In this document: positions 33,582 through 40,697 of the stretch, piece by piece
Layout of the letters: each line of letters begins with the position of its first letter
Position numbering within the stretch: the first letter of the stretch is position 1
Source of the DNA: an uncultured Ignavibacteriales bacterium
Lineage (GTDB): Bacteria > Zixibacteria > MSB-5A5 > GN15 > JAAZOE01
DNA: 40,697 bases
Direction: 5' to 3'
Assembly (NCBI GenBank): GCA_964585635.1
Contig: CAZPEV010000003.1
Location: 10,597 to 51,293, forward strand
Translations under genes and position numbers: made by a program
Notes under the pieces: model-generated
The model's database searches: none
Told to the model about the DNA's origin: nothing
What the model saw: only the letters and a program-made list of their open reading frames with translations

Positions 33582-34052
33582 ATGAAGATCAAAAAGAAAC
33601 GCCGGGTCGGCATTAAGATTGACATGACCCCGATGGTTGACATCGCGTTTCTGCTGCTGATTTTCTACATGTCAACCACGCAGTTCAAACCGCCGGAGAA
33701 AAAGACGGTCACGCTGCCGACGTCCCATTCGCAGATTTCGCTACCCGATAAGGATGTCATCAACGTGACGGTGACGAAGGACGATTCGATCTTTGTCGAC
33801 TATATAATCAAGCGGACGGTTAACATCGACGGCAACGACGTGTCGATGCCGACCCGCATTTATGATGAGGCGACGACGGCGACGGTGGCCTCGCTGATCA
33901 ATGCCGCCCGTGTCCGCAACCGGTTTGCGTTCTTGGTGATCAAGGCCGACAAGGATTCAAGTTACGGGACGATGGAAGGGATCATGAAGACGATGCAGGA
34001 ACAGAACCTGACCCGTTTTCAGATCGTGACCAATATGGAGCAAGACCTATAA
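33582..34052 (+). CDS. exbD: ExbD/TolR biopolymer transport protein, copy 1
   Basis: 156 aa. The segment IDMTPMVDIAFLLLIFYM contains the conserved Asp-containing TM helix. Its start abuts the exbB stop. Confidence 0.88.
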   Translation: MKIKKKRRVGIKIDMTPMVDIAFLLLIFYMSTTQFKPPEKKTVTLPTSHSQISLPDKDVINVTVTKDDSIFVDYIIKRTVNIDGNDVSMPTRIYDEATTATVASLINAARVRNRFAFLVIKADKDSSYGTMEGIMKTMQEQNLTRFQIVTNMEQDL

Positions 34053-34067
34053 AGGTGGTGACGAGCA

Positions 34068-34694
34068 ATGGCTGGAGCAGATGTAGGCGGTGATCGACCG
34101 AAAAAAGCGGCCAAGGGCGGTGTTCGTCGCCCGAAGCACCGGGTCGGCATCCGTATCGATATGACGCCGATGGTCGATATCGCGTTTCTCCTGCTGATCT
34201 TCTACATGGTGACGACGGTGTTTTCCATGCCGCAGGCGATGGAAGTCAACCTGCCGCCGGCGGAGGACAAGCAGGAGCAATTGAAGATCAAAGAGTCTAA
34301 CGTGTTGACCATCCACGTGGATGAGAAAAACAGGTTTTACTGGAATATCGGCCGCGACCTTCCGCTGGCGTTCCCCGTGGACTCGCTGAGGACGCTTTTG
34401 GTCGGCCAGAGCCAGGCCAACGCCAAGCTGAACACGCTGATCATTATCAATCCCAAGGCGAAGTACAAATCGATGGTGGACGTCCTGGACGAAATCGACT
34501 TGATCGAGCGCTCCTTCAACGCCGCCGTGGCGAAGGAGATGGGGGTGACGCCCCAGGAGTTCGACGATCCGAATAATAAGCGGGCGGCCGAGTTCAAAGA
34601 GCGGAAATTCTCGTACCGGTACGCGATGGCGCCGTGGGAAGACCGCGACACCCGTATCATTGAGGCTGTCCTGTCCGGCCGAGGGGGTGAGTAA
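34068..34694 (+). CDS. exbD: ExbD/TolR biopolymer transport protein, copy 2
   Basis: 208 aa with the same TM motif (IDMTPMVDIAFLLLIFYM). It has a longer C-terminal domain than copy 1. Confidence 0.85.
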   Translation: MAGADVGGDRPKKAAKGGVRRPKHRVGIRIDMTPMVDIAFLLLIFYMVTTVFSMPQAMEVNLPPAEDKQEQLKIKESNVLTIHVDEKNRFYWNIGRDLPLAFPVDSLRTLLVGQSQANAKLNTLIIINPKAKYKSMVDVLDEIDLIERSFNAAVAKEMGVTPQEFDDPNNKRAAEFKERKFSYRYAMAPWEDRDTRIIEAVLSGRGGE

Positions 34695-34696
34695 TC

Positions 34697-35425
34697 ATGG
34701 CACAAGCGATGCATATTCCCTACGGTGCGTATGAACTGAAGCGCGATTACCAGAAGAACATGTTTCTGGGGACCGGGTTTTCGGCGGCCCTGACGTTGCT
34801 GTGCATTCTCGGGGTATGGCTCTACGGCGTCATTACCTATGAGGATGTCGGCGACGCCACCAATGTCATCCGCATCAAGACGATCGCCGAATTGGGTGCG
34901 CCGCCGTCGCTGGCGGCCAAGCCGCCGCAGATCGATATCGCCAAGCCGCAGATGGCAGCGCCCAAGGTCGGCATTCCGACGCCGGTCGCCGATGAAGAGG
35001 CGGTCGATGAGAATGCGGTTATCGCCACTCAGGATGAGCTGCAGGAGATCAACACTCCGACCCTGGCGCCGACCGAGGGGGGCGACAAGCAACTGGTGAT
35101 TGATATCCCGGAGGACGATTATATGCCTCCGCCGGACCAATTCGTCCCCGTTGAGGTGTATCCGGAGCAGATCTATGAAGAACCGGCCGAGTACCCTCGT
35201 CTGGCGCGGGAAGGTGGTTTTACGGCCTCGGTGATACTGCAGGCGTTTGTCGATAAGACCGGCACCGTGAAGAAAGCGCAGGCCGTCAAGTGTACGCGAC
35301 CGGGGATGGGGTTTGAGGAAGCCGCGGTCAAGGCGGCTTACAAATGCAAGTACCGGCCCGCGATTCAGAACGGCAACCCCATCGGGGTCTGGATTTCGTA
35401 TACGTACGACTTTGTGATTGAATGA
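34697..35425 (+). CDS. tonB: Energy transducer TonB
   Basis: 242 aa with an N-terminal TM anchor and a Pro/Glu-rich linker. The C-terminal TonB_C signature is present (EYPRLAREGGFTASVILQAFVDKTGTVKKAQAV...AAVKAAYKCKYRPA). Confidence 0.88.
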   Translation: MAQAMHIPYGAYELKRDYQKNMFLGTGFSAALTLLCILGVWLYGVITYEDVGDATNVIRIKTIAELGAPPSLAAKPPQIDIAKPQMAAPKVGIPTPVADEEAVDENAVIATQDELQEINTPTLAPTEGGDKQLVIDIPEDDYMPPPDQFVPVEVYPEQIYEEPAEYPRLAREGGFTASVILQAFVDKTGTVKKAQAVKCTRPGMGFEEAAVKAAYKCKYRPAIQNGNPIGVWISYTYDFVIE

Positions 35426-35432
35426 TTTTATT

Positions 35433-35463
35433 CCGGGGGAAAGAGACCGTCTCTTTCCCCCGG
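35433..35463 (+). terminator. Strong hairpin after tonB (terminator candidate without a U-tract)
   Basis: A perfect 14-bp stem (CCGGGGGAAAGAGA / TCTCTTTCCCCCGG) with a 3-nt loop. It is preceded by TTTTATT and not followed by a T-run. Confidence 0.55.
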
Positions 35464-35614
35464 CTAATCCCCTCACGGGACGGCCGCCCGTCCCAGATAC
35501 TTCCCTCACGCAGCAGCGCGCCAAGGACTAGTGGTGCAGCGTCCCCGACGGTGCACGGATTGACCTGTCGAGAAAAAAGGCAAGACAGATGAGGCCTTTT
35601 GCTCCGAGGGACAG

Positions 35615-35920
35615 ATGCGCTATTCGGTCAAATCCACGGCGGCCGTTCAAACCGGGGTGTCGCCGTTACCGTATGCGGCCACCGGGACGATGCTTTTCCA
35701 ACCGGTCCGGATTGAAGACGTGCGGCTGGCGGCGATTTTGGGGATTCTTATAATCACCATGCTGCTGTCGATCTATATGGTCATGACTCGTCCGGTCCGT
35801 CCATCAATCCCGGAAAATGATCAGATCGGTTTTTACAGCAGTGCCTATGCCTGGTGCGTCCCCGAAACGTCAAACGACGGTTTCGGGATTTCCCCCAGAG
35901 GTTTGTCGCCGACCGTTTGA
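35615..35920 (+). CDS. Possible small single-TM protein (weak call)
   Basis: 101-aa ORF with GAGGGA 3 nt upstream, one hydrophobic helix (LAAILGILIITMLLSIYMVM), and third-position G/C usage similar to neighbouring genes. No similarity recognised. Confidence 0.3.
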   Translation: MRYSVKSTAAVQTGVSPLPYAATGTMLFQPVRIEDVRLAAILGILIITMLLSIYMVMTRPVRPSIPENDQIGFYSSAYAWCVPETSNDGFGISPRGLSPTV

Positions 35921-36127
35921 TAATGAGGCTGCGTTGGCGTTGATCGGCCATGGGGCGTTTAACGCAACCGTTCCCTTTTTGCAGAGAAACGACCCCCGGC
36001 GATCCACTCACTCGGGGGACGTCGGCAAATTCGACTCCCGATAATTCCATCCCCTTGTAGCTCTTTTGGCTTCTGCCACAACCTGCGGTAGTACTCCCTG
36101 GATAAACAAAAAATCAGAAAAAATTGC

Positions 36128-36156
36128 TTGACACCTGCACATATGTTCAGTACTTT
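36128..36156 (+). promoter_or_regulatory. Possible promoter of the zinc-ribbon/helicase pair
   Basis: TTGACA (36128-36133), a 17-nt spacer, then TACTTT (36151-36156). It is preceded by an A-rich tract. Confidence 0.4.
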
Positions 36157-36196
36157 ATGCTTAAGTCGATAATCCAGTACAGACAAGGAGTCGCAT

Positions 36197-36436
36197 ATGT
36201 TGTCTCAGAAACCGGACGGGTTCCCGCCCTCTTCGGCCAGCTCCCAGGCGCCTCTGTGGGTGGCGGCAGGGGGGCAGGAGCCGGTAACCGGGCGGCCGGC
36301 GGTTGAATTTGTCGTCGGGTCAGAGGCTCAGCCTTTCCCAAGGTATGGGGAAAATTGCCCGGAATGTGGAGGCTGGCTGGCTCGGGCCGGCGGCTGTTTC
36401 TCCTGCGTGACCTGCGGCTGGGGGCGATGCGGCTGA
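36197..36436 (+). CDS. Small protein with a C-terminal six-Cys zinc ribbon
   Basis: 79 aa. The ATG follows AAGGAG. The N-terminal ~50 aa are Pro/Ala/Gly/Ser-rich. The C-terminus is CPECGGWLARAGGCFSCVTCGWGRCG. The stop lies 28 nt before the helicase ATG. Confidence 0.65.
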   Translation: MLSQKPDGFPPSSASSQAPLWVAAGGQEPVTGRPAVEFVVGSEAQPFPRYGENCPECGGWLARAGGCFSCVTCGWGRCG

Positions 36437-36464
36437 TGTCTGATTGGAGCGGAAGGAGGAGGAT

Positions 36465-39089
36465 ATGCGCAGAAGATTGGCCAAGTACGCGATCCCCGGG
36501 CCGATTCTGGCCGAATGGGAGCAGCGATTCGGCGGAAGGTTGTTGCCGTTGCAGGTCCGGGCCCTTGAGGAATACGGCTTGCTGGACGGTGCTTCCCTGT
36601 TGATTTCGGCTCCGACCTCGTCGGGGAAGACGTTCTGCGGCGAAATGGCGATTGTGCGCGCGGCGCAGGAGCGGAAGAAGGGAATTTTTCTGACTCCACT
36701 GAAGGCGGTGACGGAGGAGAAATATCGTCAGTTTCGAGACGGTTACGGCCGCCTCGGTCTTCGCCTGGTGATCGGCACCAGAGATCATCCGGAGTATGAC
36801 ACCGCCATCGAAAGCGGCCGATTCGACATCGCGGTCATGGTATATGAGAAATTCAATGCTCTCTTGGTGAACAGCTTCGATCTGCTGGGGCAGGTCGGGA
36901 CGCTGGTCGTCGACGAACTGCAGATGCTTGAGGATGAAGAGCGGGGACCGCAGTTGGAGTTGGCGCTGACGAAGCTGCTGTTCTCGCGGTATCGGCCGCA
37001 GATCGTGGGGCTCTCGGCGGTCCTGGGGGAGGCGACCGGATTGGCGCAATGGCTGGGGTGTCGTCTCCTTTTGGACAACAACCGTCCGGTGGAACTGCGG
37101 CGGGGCGTGGCTGCCTCGGGGACATTCCATTACCGCTGTCACAACAGTGGGGAGGTTGGCCGGGAGGCGTTTGCGGAGGGTGAGGATCGGGGGCGAACGT
37201 TGTTCGAGAATATCAAGGCGGTCTTTGACGGCGGCCACCAAGCCCTGGCATTTCTCAAGTCGCGCCAGGAGACGGTGGTAGCGGCGGCGGGGTTTGTCGA
37301 TCATGCCGGACTGGTCCCCCTGGCGGAGAACGAGGCCTGGTGTGCGTCCCGTCTCGATGATGAAGAGCCCTCAACCCTGACGGAGCAATTGAAGCGATTG
37401 CTGGCCTGCGGGGTCGCCTTTCACAACGCCGACCTGACCGCCAATCAGCGGGCGGTGATCGAGGAAGCTGCCCGGGCCGGGATGATCAAGGTGGTTTTTG
37501 CCACGACGACGCTGGCGACCGGCATCAACCTGCCGGCGGCGACGGTGTTCATCGAGGCCCAGAAATATTGCCCGCAGGGGTATGCCGGCCGGCCCGGCTT
37601 GGCGCCGTTGTCTTGGGCGGAATATGAGGGCATGTCGGGCCGGGCCGGCCGTACGGGGTGGATCGAGGAGGCGACCCCGGGCAGGGCGGTTCTTTTCGCC
37701 GGCAGCGAATTGGAGAAATCGATTCTGTGGGACTATTACATTGAGCGACATCCAATGCCGCTGGAGTCGCATCTGGCCGGACTCGCACCGGCCGATATCA
37801 TCGTGGACCTGTTCGGGTGCGATTTGATCGACCACCCCGATCAGGTGGCCGAGGTGCTATCCCGGTCGTATGGGTCGTCGCGTAATCAATTACATGCCAA
37901 ACAGAAAGACGACACATATGAAGAACTTCTTGATAAGGGGTTCCTTGGCCGGGAGGGTGACCTCTGGTGGGCGACACCCTTGGGGAAAGCGACTGCCGCA
38001 ACTGGACTGAGCGTCGCCGGAGCCGATTACCTGGCCGGGCCGTTCCGGGCGCTGGAGTCGGATGACGAGGGACAGATTATCTATCACGCGCTGCATGCTC
38101 CTGAGGGGCAGCGGATTTATCTCCCCGGAAGATCCGGAGCCCGGTCGAGATATCGTTCTTCTCCCTTCCTCTCAGCCTCGAGTGAGGAGAATCCCTTGGT
38201 GCGGGAGTTGACCAATCTGCAGCGGGAATTGATGCCGGATGAATATGACCGCCTGCGATTGACCTTTCTGCTGACCGACTGGATGGCGGGCAAGCCGGCT
38301 CTCGATATCGAGACGAAATATCACCTGTATCTGGGAACGATCGAGGGTGTGGCGCGGCAGGCGGCCTGGCTCTTGTCATCGGCGGCGGCGGTGATCGGGG
38401 CGCGTGCTCGACATGCCTCGTTCCCGCGCCGGCTGGAGGAGATGGCCTTCTCGGCGGCGGTTGGGCTTCCACCGGAGTTGAGGGAGGTCCATCGCGAATT
38501 CGGCGGCCTGCTTCATCGCGGGGAATTGATGGCTCTGAGAGGGAAAGGAATCGCCGGGATGGCGGATTTGGCCCGGGCGGGCGGGGCGGTGGTGCGGGAG
38601 GTGGTCGCCTCAGAAGCCCGGCGCGGCAAGGTTGAACAACGCCTGCAATCGATAAAGGAGGATGAAATGCAGAAATTCGCTGATGGTACGTCGGGAGCGA
38701 TTACCCGACCGGAGTCGATTGAGATCGACGGCACGCTGGTGCGGGAGCGATACTTGATCCGGATCAACGGCCGATCGATAAAGCTGACCGGAAAGTCATT
38801 CAAGTACCTGGTCAGCCTGGTCTGGTCGCGATTGACCAAGGACTACGGCTGGCTGTACAAGGAGGACTTGGAGTTCGGCTTCAACCAGGCCCGGTATCTC
38901 TACCGTCTGCGTCAGGAGATCTGGCGGGATTTTCTGCCGGATTGGCCGCTGTATGAAAACAATCGGGCGGGATATTATCGTCTGGTGGCCGATCGCGAGC
39001 GCATCCGGGTGAACGTCGACGCCTTGCGGGGCATCCCTGACCATCAAATCCAGCAGATGGCCAGAGACCTTCTGCCGACCGCCAACTGA
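36465..39089 (+). CDS. Hel308/Ski2-like superfamily 2 helicase with a C-terminal OmpR/PhoB-like winged-helix extension
   Basis: The ATG at 36465 follows GGAAGGAGGAGG. SF2 motifs are present: I SAPTSSGKT, II VVDELQ, III SAV, V TTTLATGINLPA, VI MSGRAGRTG. A later HhH-like segment reads LRGKGIAGMADLARAG. The final ~120 aa (IRINGRSIKLTGKSFKYLVSLVWS...LYRLRQEI...RAGYYRLV) fit the Trans_reg_C pattern. Confidence 0.85.
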   Translation: MRRRLAKYAIPGPILAEWEQRFGGRLLPLQVRALEEYGLLDGASLLISAPTSSGKTFCGEMAIVRAAQERKKGIFLTPLKAVTEEKYRQFRDGYGRLGLRLVIGTRDHPEYDTAIESGRFDIAVMVYEKFNALLVNSFDLLGQVGTLVVDELQMLEDEERGPQLELALTKLLFSRYRPQIVGLSAVLGEATGLAQWLGCRLLLDNNRPVELRRGVAASGTFHYRCHNSGEVGREAFAEGEDRGRTLFENIKAVFDGGHQALAFLKSRQETVVAAAGFVDHAGLVPLAENEAWCASRLDDEEPSTLTEQLKRLLACGVAFHNADLTANQRAVIEEAARAGMIKVVFATTTLATGINLPAATVFIEAQKYCPQGYAGRPGLAPLSWAEYEGMSGRAGRTGWIEEATPGRAVLFAGSELEKSILWDYYIERHPMPLESHLAGLAPADIIVDLFGCDLIDHPDQVAEVLSRSYGSSRNQLHAKQKDDTYEELLDKGFLGREGDLWWATPLGKATAATGLSVAGADYLAGPFRALESDDEGQIIYHALHAPEGQRIYLPGRSGARSRYRSSPFLSASSEENPLVRELTNLQRELMPDEYDRLRLTFLLTDWMAGKPALDIETKYHLYLGTIEGVARQAAWLLSSAAAVIGARARHASFPRRLEEMAFSAAVGLPPELREVHREFGGLLHRGELMALRGKGIAGMADLARAGGAVVREVVASEARRGKVEQRLQSIKEDEMQKFADGTSGAITRPESIEIDGTLVRERYLIRINGRSIKLTGKSFKYLVSLVWSRLTKDYGWLYKEDLEFGFNQARYLYRLRQEIWRDFLPDWPLYENNRAGYYRLVADRERIRVNVDALRGIPDHQIQQMARDLLPTAN

Positions 39090-39131
39090 CGGGCGGTCGG
39101 AGAGAATCGGCGGCAATATGCGGCGAGAGCG

Positions 39132-39160
39132 TTGACAAAATCAGACACCGGCGGTAAACT
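39132..39160 (+). promoter_or_regulatory. Predicted promoter of the lon-like gene
   Basis: TTGACA (39132-39137), a 17-nt spacer, then TAAACT (39155-39160). Confidence 0.45.
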
Positions 39161-39207
39161 CCCTTGAGAATCAGGTGTATAAGCCGATAAGAACGGTAAA
39201 GACGGCT

Positions 39208-40697
39208 ATGATAATAAAGTCCCGCAAACATTTACCGCTGGTGGCCTCGGACCGGGAAGCGATTATGCCGGTGTTGCCGCTCAATTCCGTAGTTATATTT
39301 CCGGGTGAAATGCATGCCATCCTCATGGGGCGCAAGGAAAACCTGGCCCTGTTGAAAGGTGTGGCTGAGGAGAATGGCCCTTTGATTGTGTCCTTCGCCC
39401 CCCCGCACGGCGGCGGCGAAGGGGAGGAGGTTCTCTCTGAGGTCGGGGTGTTGGCCCGAGTGCAGTCGACCAAATCGGCGCCGGCCGGTTCGCGAATGGT
39501 CATGCTTGAGGGAATACGCCGAATCGTCATCCGCGAGATTCGCGAATCGGCCCCGTTTCTTCGGGCGCTCGTTGCGGAAGTTGACGACAGCGACGGTGGC
39601 GCCGACCGGCGAGCTGCGGCCCGAGCCGAGATAATCGATCTGTTGTCTCGCCTGATCAGATTCGACAGCCGCTATTCGGGCGACCTGCTGAAAGCGCTCG
39701 AGGAAATCGCCTCGGCGGGGGATTTTGCCGACCGCGTCGCGGCGGCCGTTCATTTCTCCCCGGCCGAGAAGCAGGAAATTCTCGAGGCCGTGACGATTCC
39801 CGAACGCCTGGCCACGCTGCACAGGTTTCTGGAGGAAGAAGTTGAGAAGGCCTCTCTGGCGGTGCAGATAAACGGCAAGGTCACCGAGACGTTGGAGAAG
39901 AAACGGCGCGAAAGTTTTCTGCGCCAGCAATTGATGGAAATTCGGCGGGAATTGGGCGAAGAATTTGTCGAGGAGGATCTCTCCCGTCTCTATCAGCACC
40001 AGGTTCGCAGCAGCAAGGGTCTGCCGAGCGAGGTCGCCGAGCGTCTGCGGTTTGAGGCGGATCGTCTGGGCCATTTGTCGTCCTCATCGACCGAGTATGG
40101 TTCGATCAAGAACTACCTGGAATTCGTGCTGGCCCTGCCGTGGGATAAGCCGGCGGCCGGTGCCTATGACCTGGTGGCGGTCGAAAAGGGCATCAATGCC
40201 GACTATTATGGATCCGGGCCGATCAAGGAACAGGTCCTGGAATATCTGGCGGTCAGGCAGTTGAGCCAAGGGGGGCATGATTTACCGGTGTTGTGTCTGG
40301 CCGGCCCGGTGGGAACCGGCAAGGCCTCGCTGGTGCGGGCGATCGCCGGCGCCACCGGCCGCCAGTTTGTCCGCCTCAACGGCGCCAGCTTGGTGACGGT
40401 CGCCGACATCAAGGGGGCGCATCGCGCCGAAGTCGGCTCCGGATCGGGGCAGTTGGTCCAGGCCATCAAGCAATACGGATCATTCGATCTGGTGATGTTT
40501 CTTGAGGATATCGAATACGTCATCGAGTCTGAAGACACCAACGCCCTGTTGGCCCTGATGGAGGCGATCGATCCTCGTCACAACTATCATTTTATCGATA
40601 ACTTTCTGGGGATACCCCTCGATTTCTCCCGCATTCTTTTTGTCCTGGGGATATCGTATGTCGACAATTTCCCCGAGCCGTTTTCGCACCACCTCGA
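39208..40697 (+). CDS. lon: LonA-type protease homolog, 3-prime truncated by the window end, with degenerate AAA+ motifs
   Basis: This open frame is missing from the ORF track because it has no stop within the window. The N-terminus MPVLPLNSVVIFPGEMHAILMGRKENL is a Lon N-domain signature. The AAA+ region is LCLAGPVGTGKASLVRAIAGATGRQFVRL...LVMFLEDIE. The start may be 39208 or the ATG at 39265. The 280-aa minus-strand ORF at 39232..40074 is its shadow. Confidence 0.85.
   Translation, partial: MIIKSRKHLPLVASDREAIMPVLPLNSVVIFPGEMHAILMGRKENLALLKGVAEENGPLIVSFAPPHGGGEGEEVLSEVGVLARVQSTKSAPAGSRMVMLEGIRRIVIREIRESAPFLRALVAEVDDSDGGADRRAAARAEIIDLLSRLIRFDSRYSGDLLKALEEIASAGDFADRVAAAVHFSPAEKQEILEAVTIPERLATLHRFLEEEVEKASLAVQINGKVTETLEKKRRESFLRQQLMEIRRELGEEFVEEDLSRLYQHQVRSSKGLPSEVAERLRFEADRLGHLSSSSTEYGSIKNYLEFVLALPWDKPAAGAYDLVAVEKGINADYYGSGPIKEQVLEYLAVRQLSQGGHDLPVLCLAGPVGTGKASLVRAIAGATGRQFVRLNGASLVTVADIKGAHRAEVGSGSGQLVQAIKQYGSFDLVMFLEDIEYVIESEDTNALLALMEAIDPRHNYHFIDNFLGIPLDFSRILFVLGISYVDNFPEPFSHHL

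Noticed and set aside
34337-35524. 395-aa minus-strand ORF
   Set aside because: It is antisense to exbD copy 2 and tonB and runs through the post-tonB hairpin. It is Arg-rich and low-complexity.
36147-37304. 385-aa minus-strand ORF
   Set aside because: It is antisense to the zinc-ribbon ORF and to the helicase N-terminus, which carries canonical SF2 motifs I-III. It is Arg/Pro/Gln-rich.
39232-40074. 280-aa minus-strand ORF listed in the track where no plus-strand ORF is listed
   Set aside because: The plus strand carries an open Lon frame that is missing from the track only because it has no stop before the window end. The plus-strand translation shows Lon N-domain and AAA+ motifs, while the minus-strand product is Arg/Gly/Gln-rich.

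Overview
This is a bacterial chromosomal window of about 60% GC, almost fully coding. Most of it is housekeeping operons. The gene content suggests an uncultured FCB-group-like anaerobe: dockerin and cohesin modules, a FlgD-Ig/T9SS-like domain, and a TPR-exbB-exbD-exbD-tonB cluster. Many transcription units start with readable sigma70-type promoters (TTGACA-like, 16-18 nt spacer, TAnnnT). In order along the window: (1) a minus-strand fermentation/redox operon, hbd-ackA-lipoprotein-nfnA-nfnB; (2) a TauE/SafE-family membrane protein divergent from a lipoprotein that carries a FlgD-Ig-like domain; (3) a cyclophilin PPIase; (4) dxr-rseP followed by two tandem lepB paralogs; (5) a roughly 700-nt ORF-poor segment rich in hairpins and repeats, then aqpZ, which is bracketed by a roughly 90-nt direct repeat; (6) a variant System I cytochrome c maturation operon, ccmABCDEF, whose CcmE has CPSKY in place of the usual heme-binding His and which has no ccmG/ccmH following; (7) a cobalamin riboswitch driving a TonB-dependent receptor that is split by one in-frame TAA, followed by a beta-propeller-dockerin protein, convergent with a cohesin-like protein; (8) a fused E1 alpha/beta 2-oxoacid dehydrogenase; (9) a TPR/membrane-protein/exbB-exbD-exbD-tonB cluster; (10) a small Cys-rich zinc-ribbon ORF tightly linked to a Hel308/Ski2-like helicase with an extra C-terminal OmpR/PhoB-like winged helix, followed by a LonA-type gene (cut off by the window end) whose Walker A, Walker B and pore-loop residues look degenerate. 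I saw no rRNA, tRNA, CRISPR array, transposase or integrase. The zinc-ribbon/helicase-wHTH(/Lon-like) neighbourhood and the repeat structure around aqpZ are the best candidates for something undescribed. Both are hypotheses from reading the sequence by eye, not database results.
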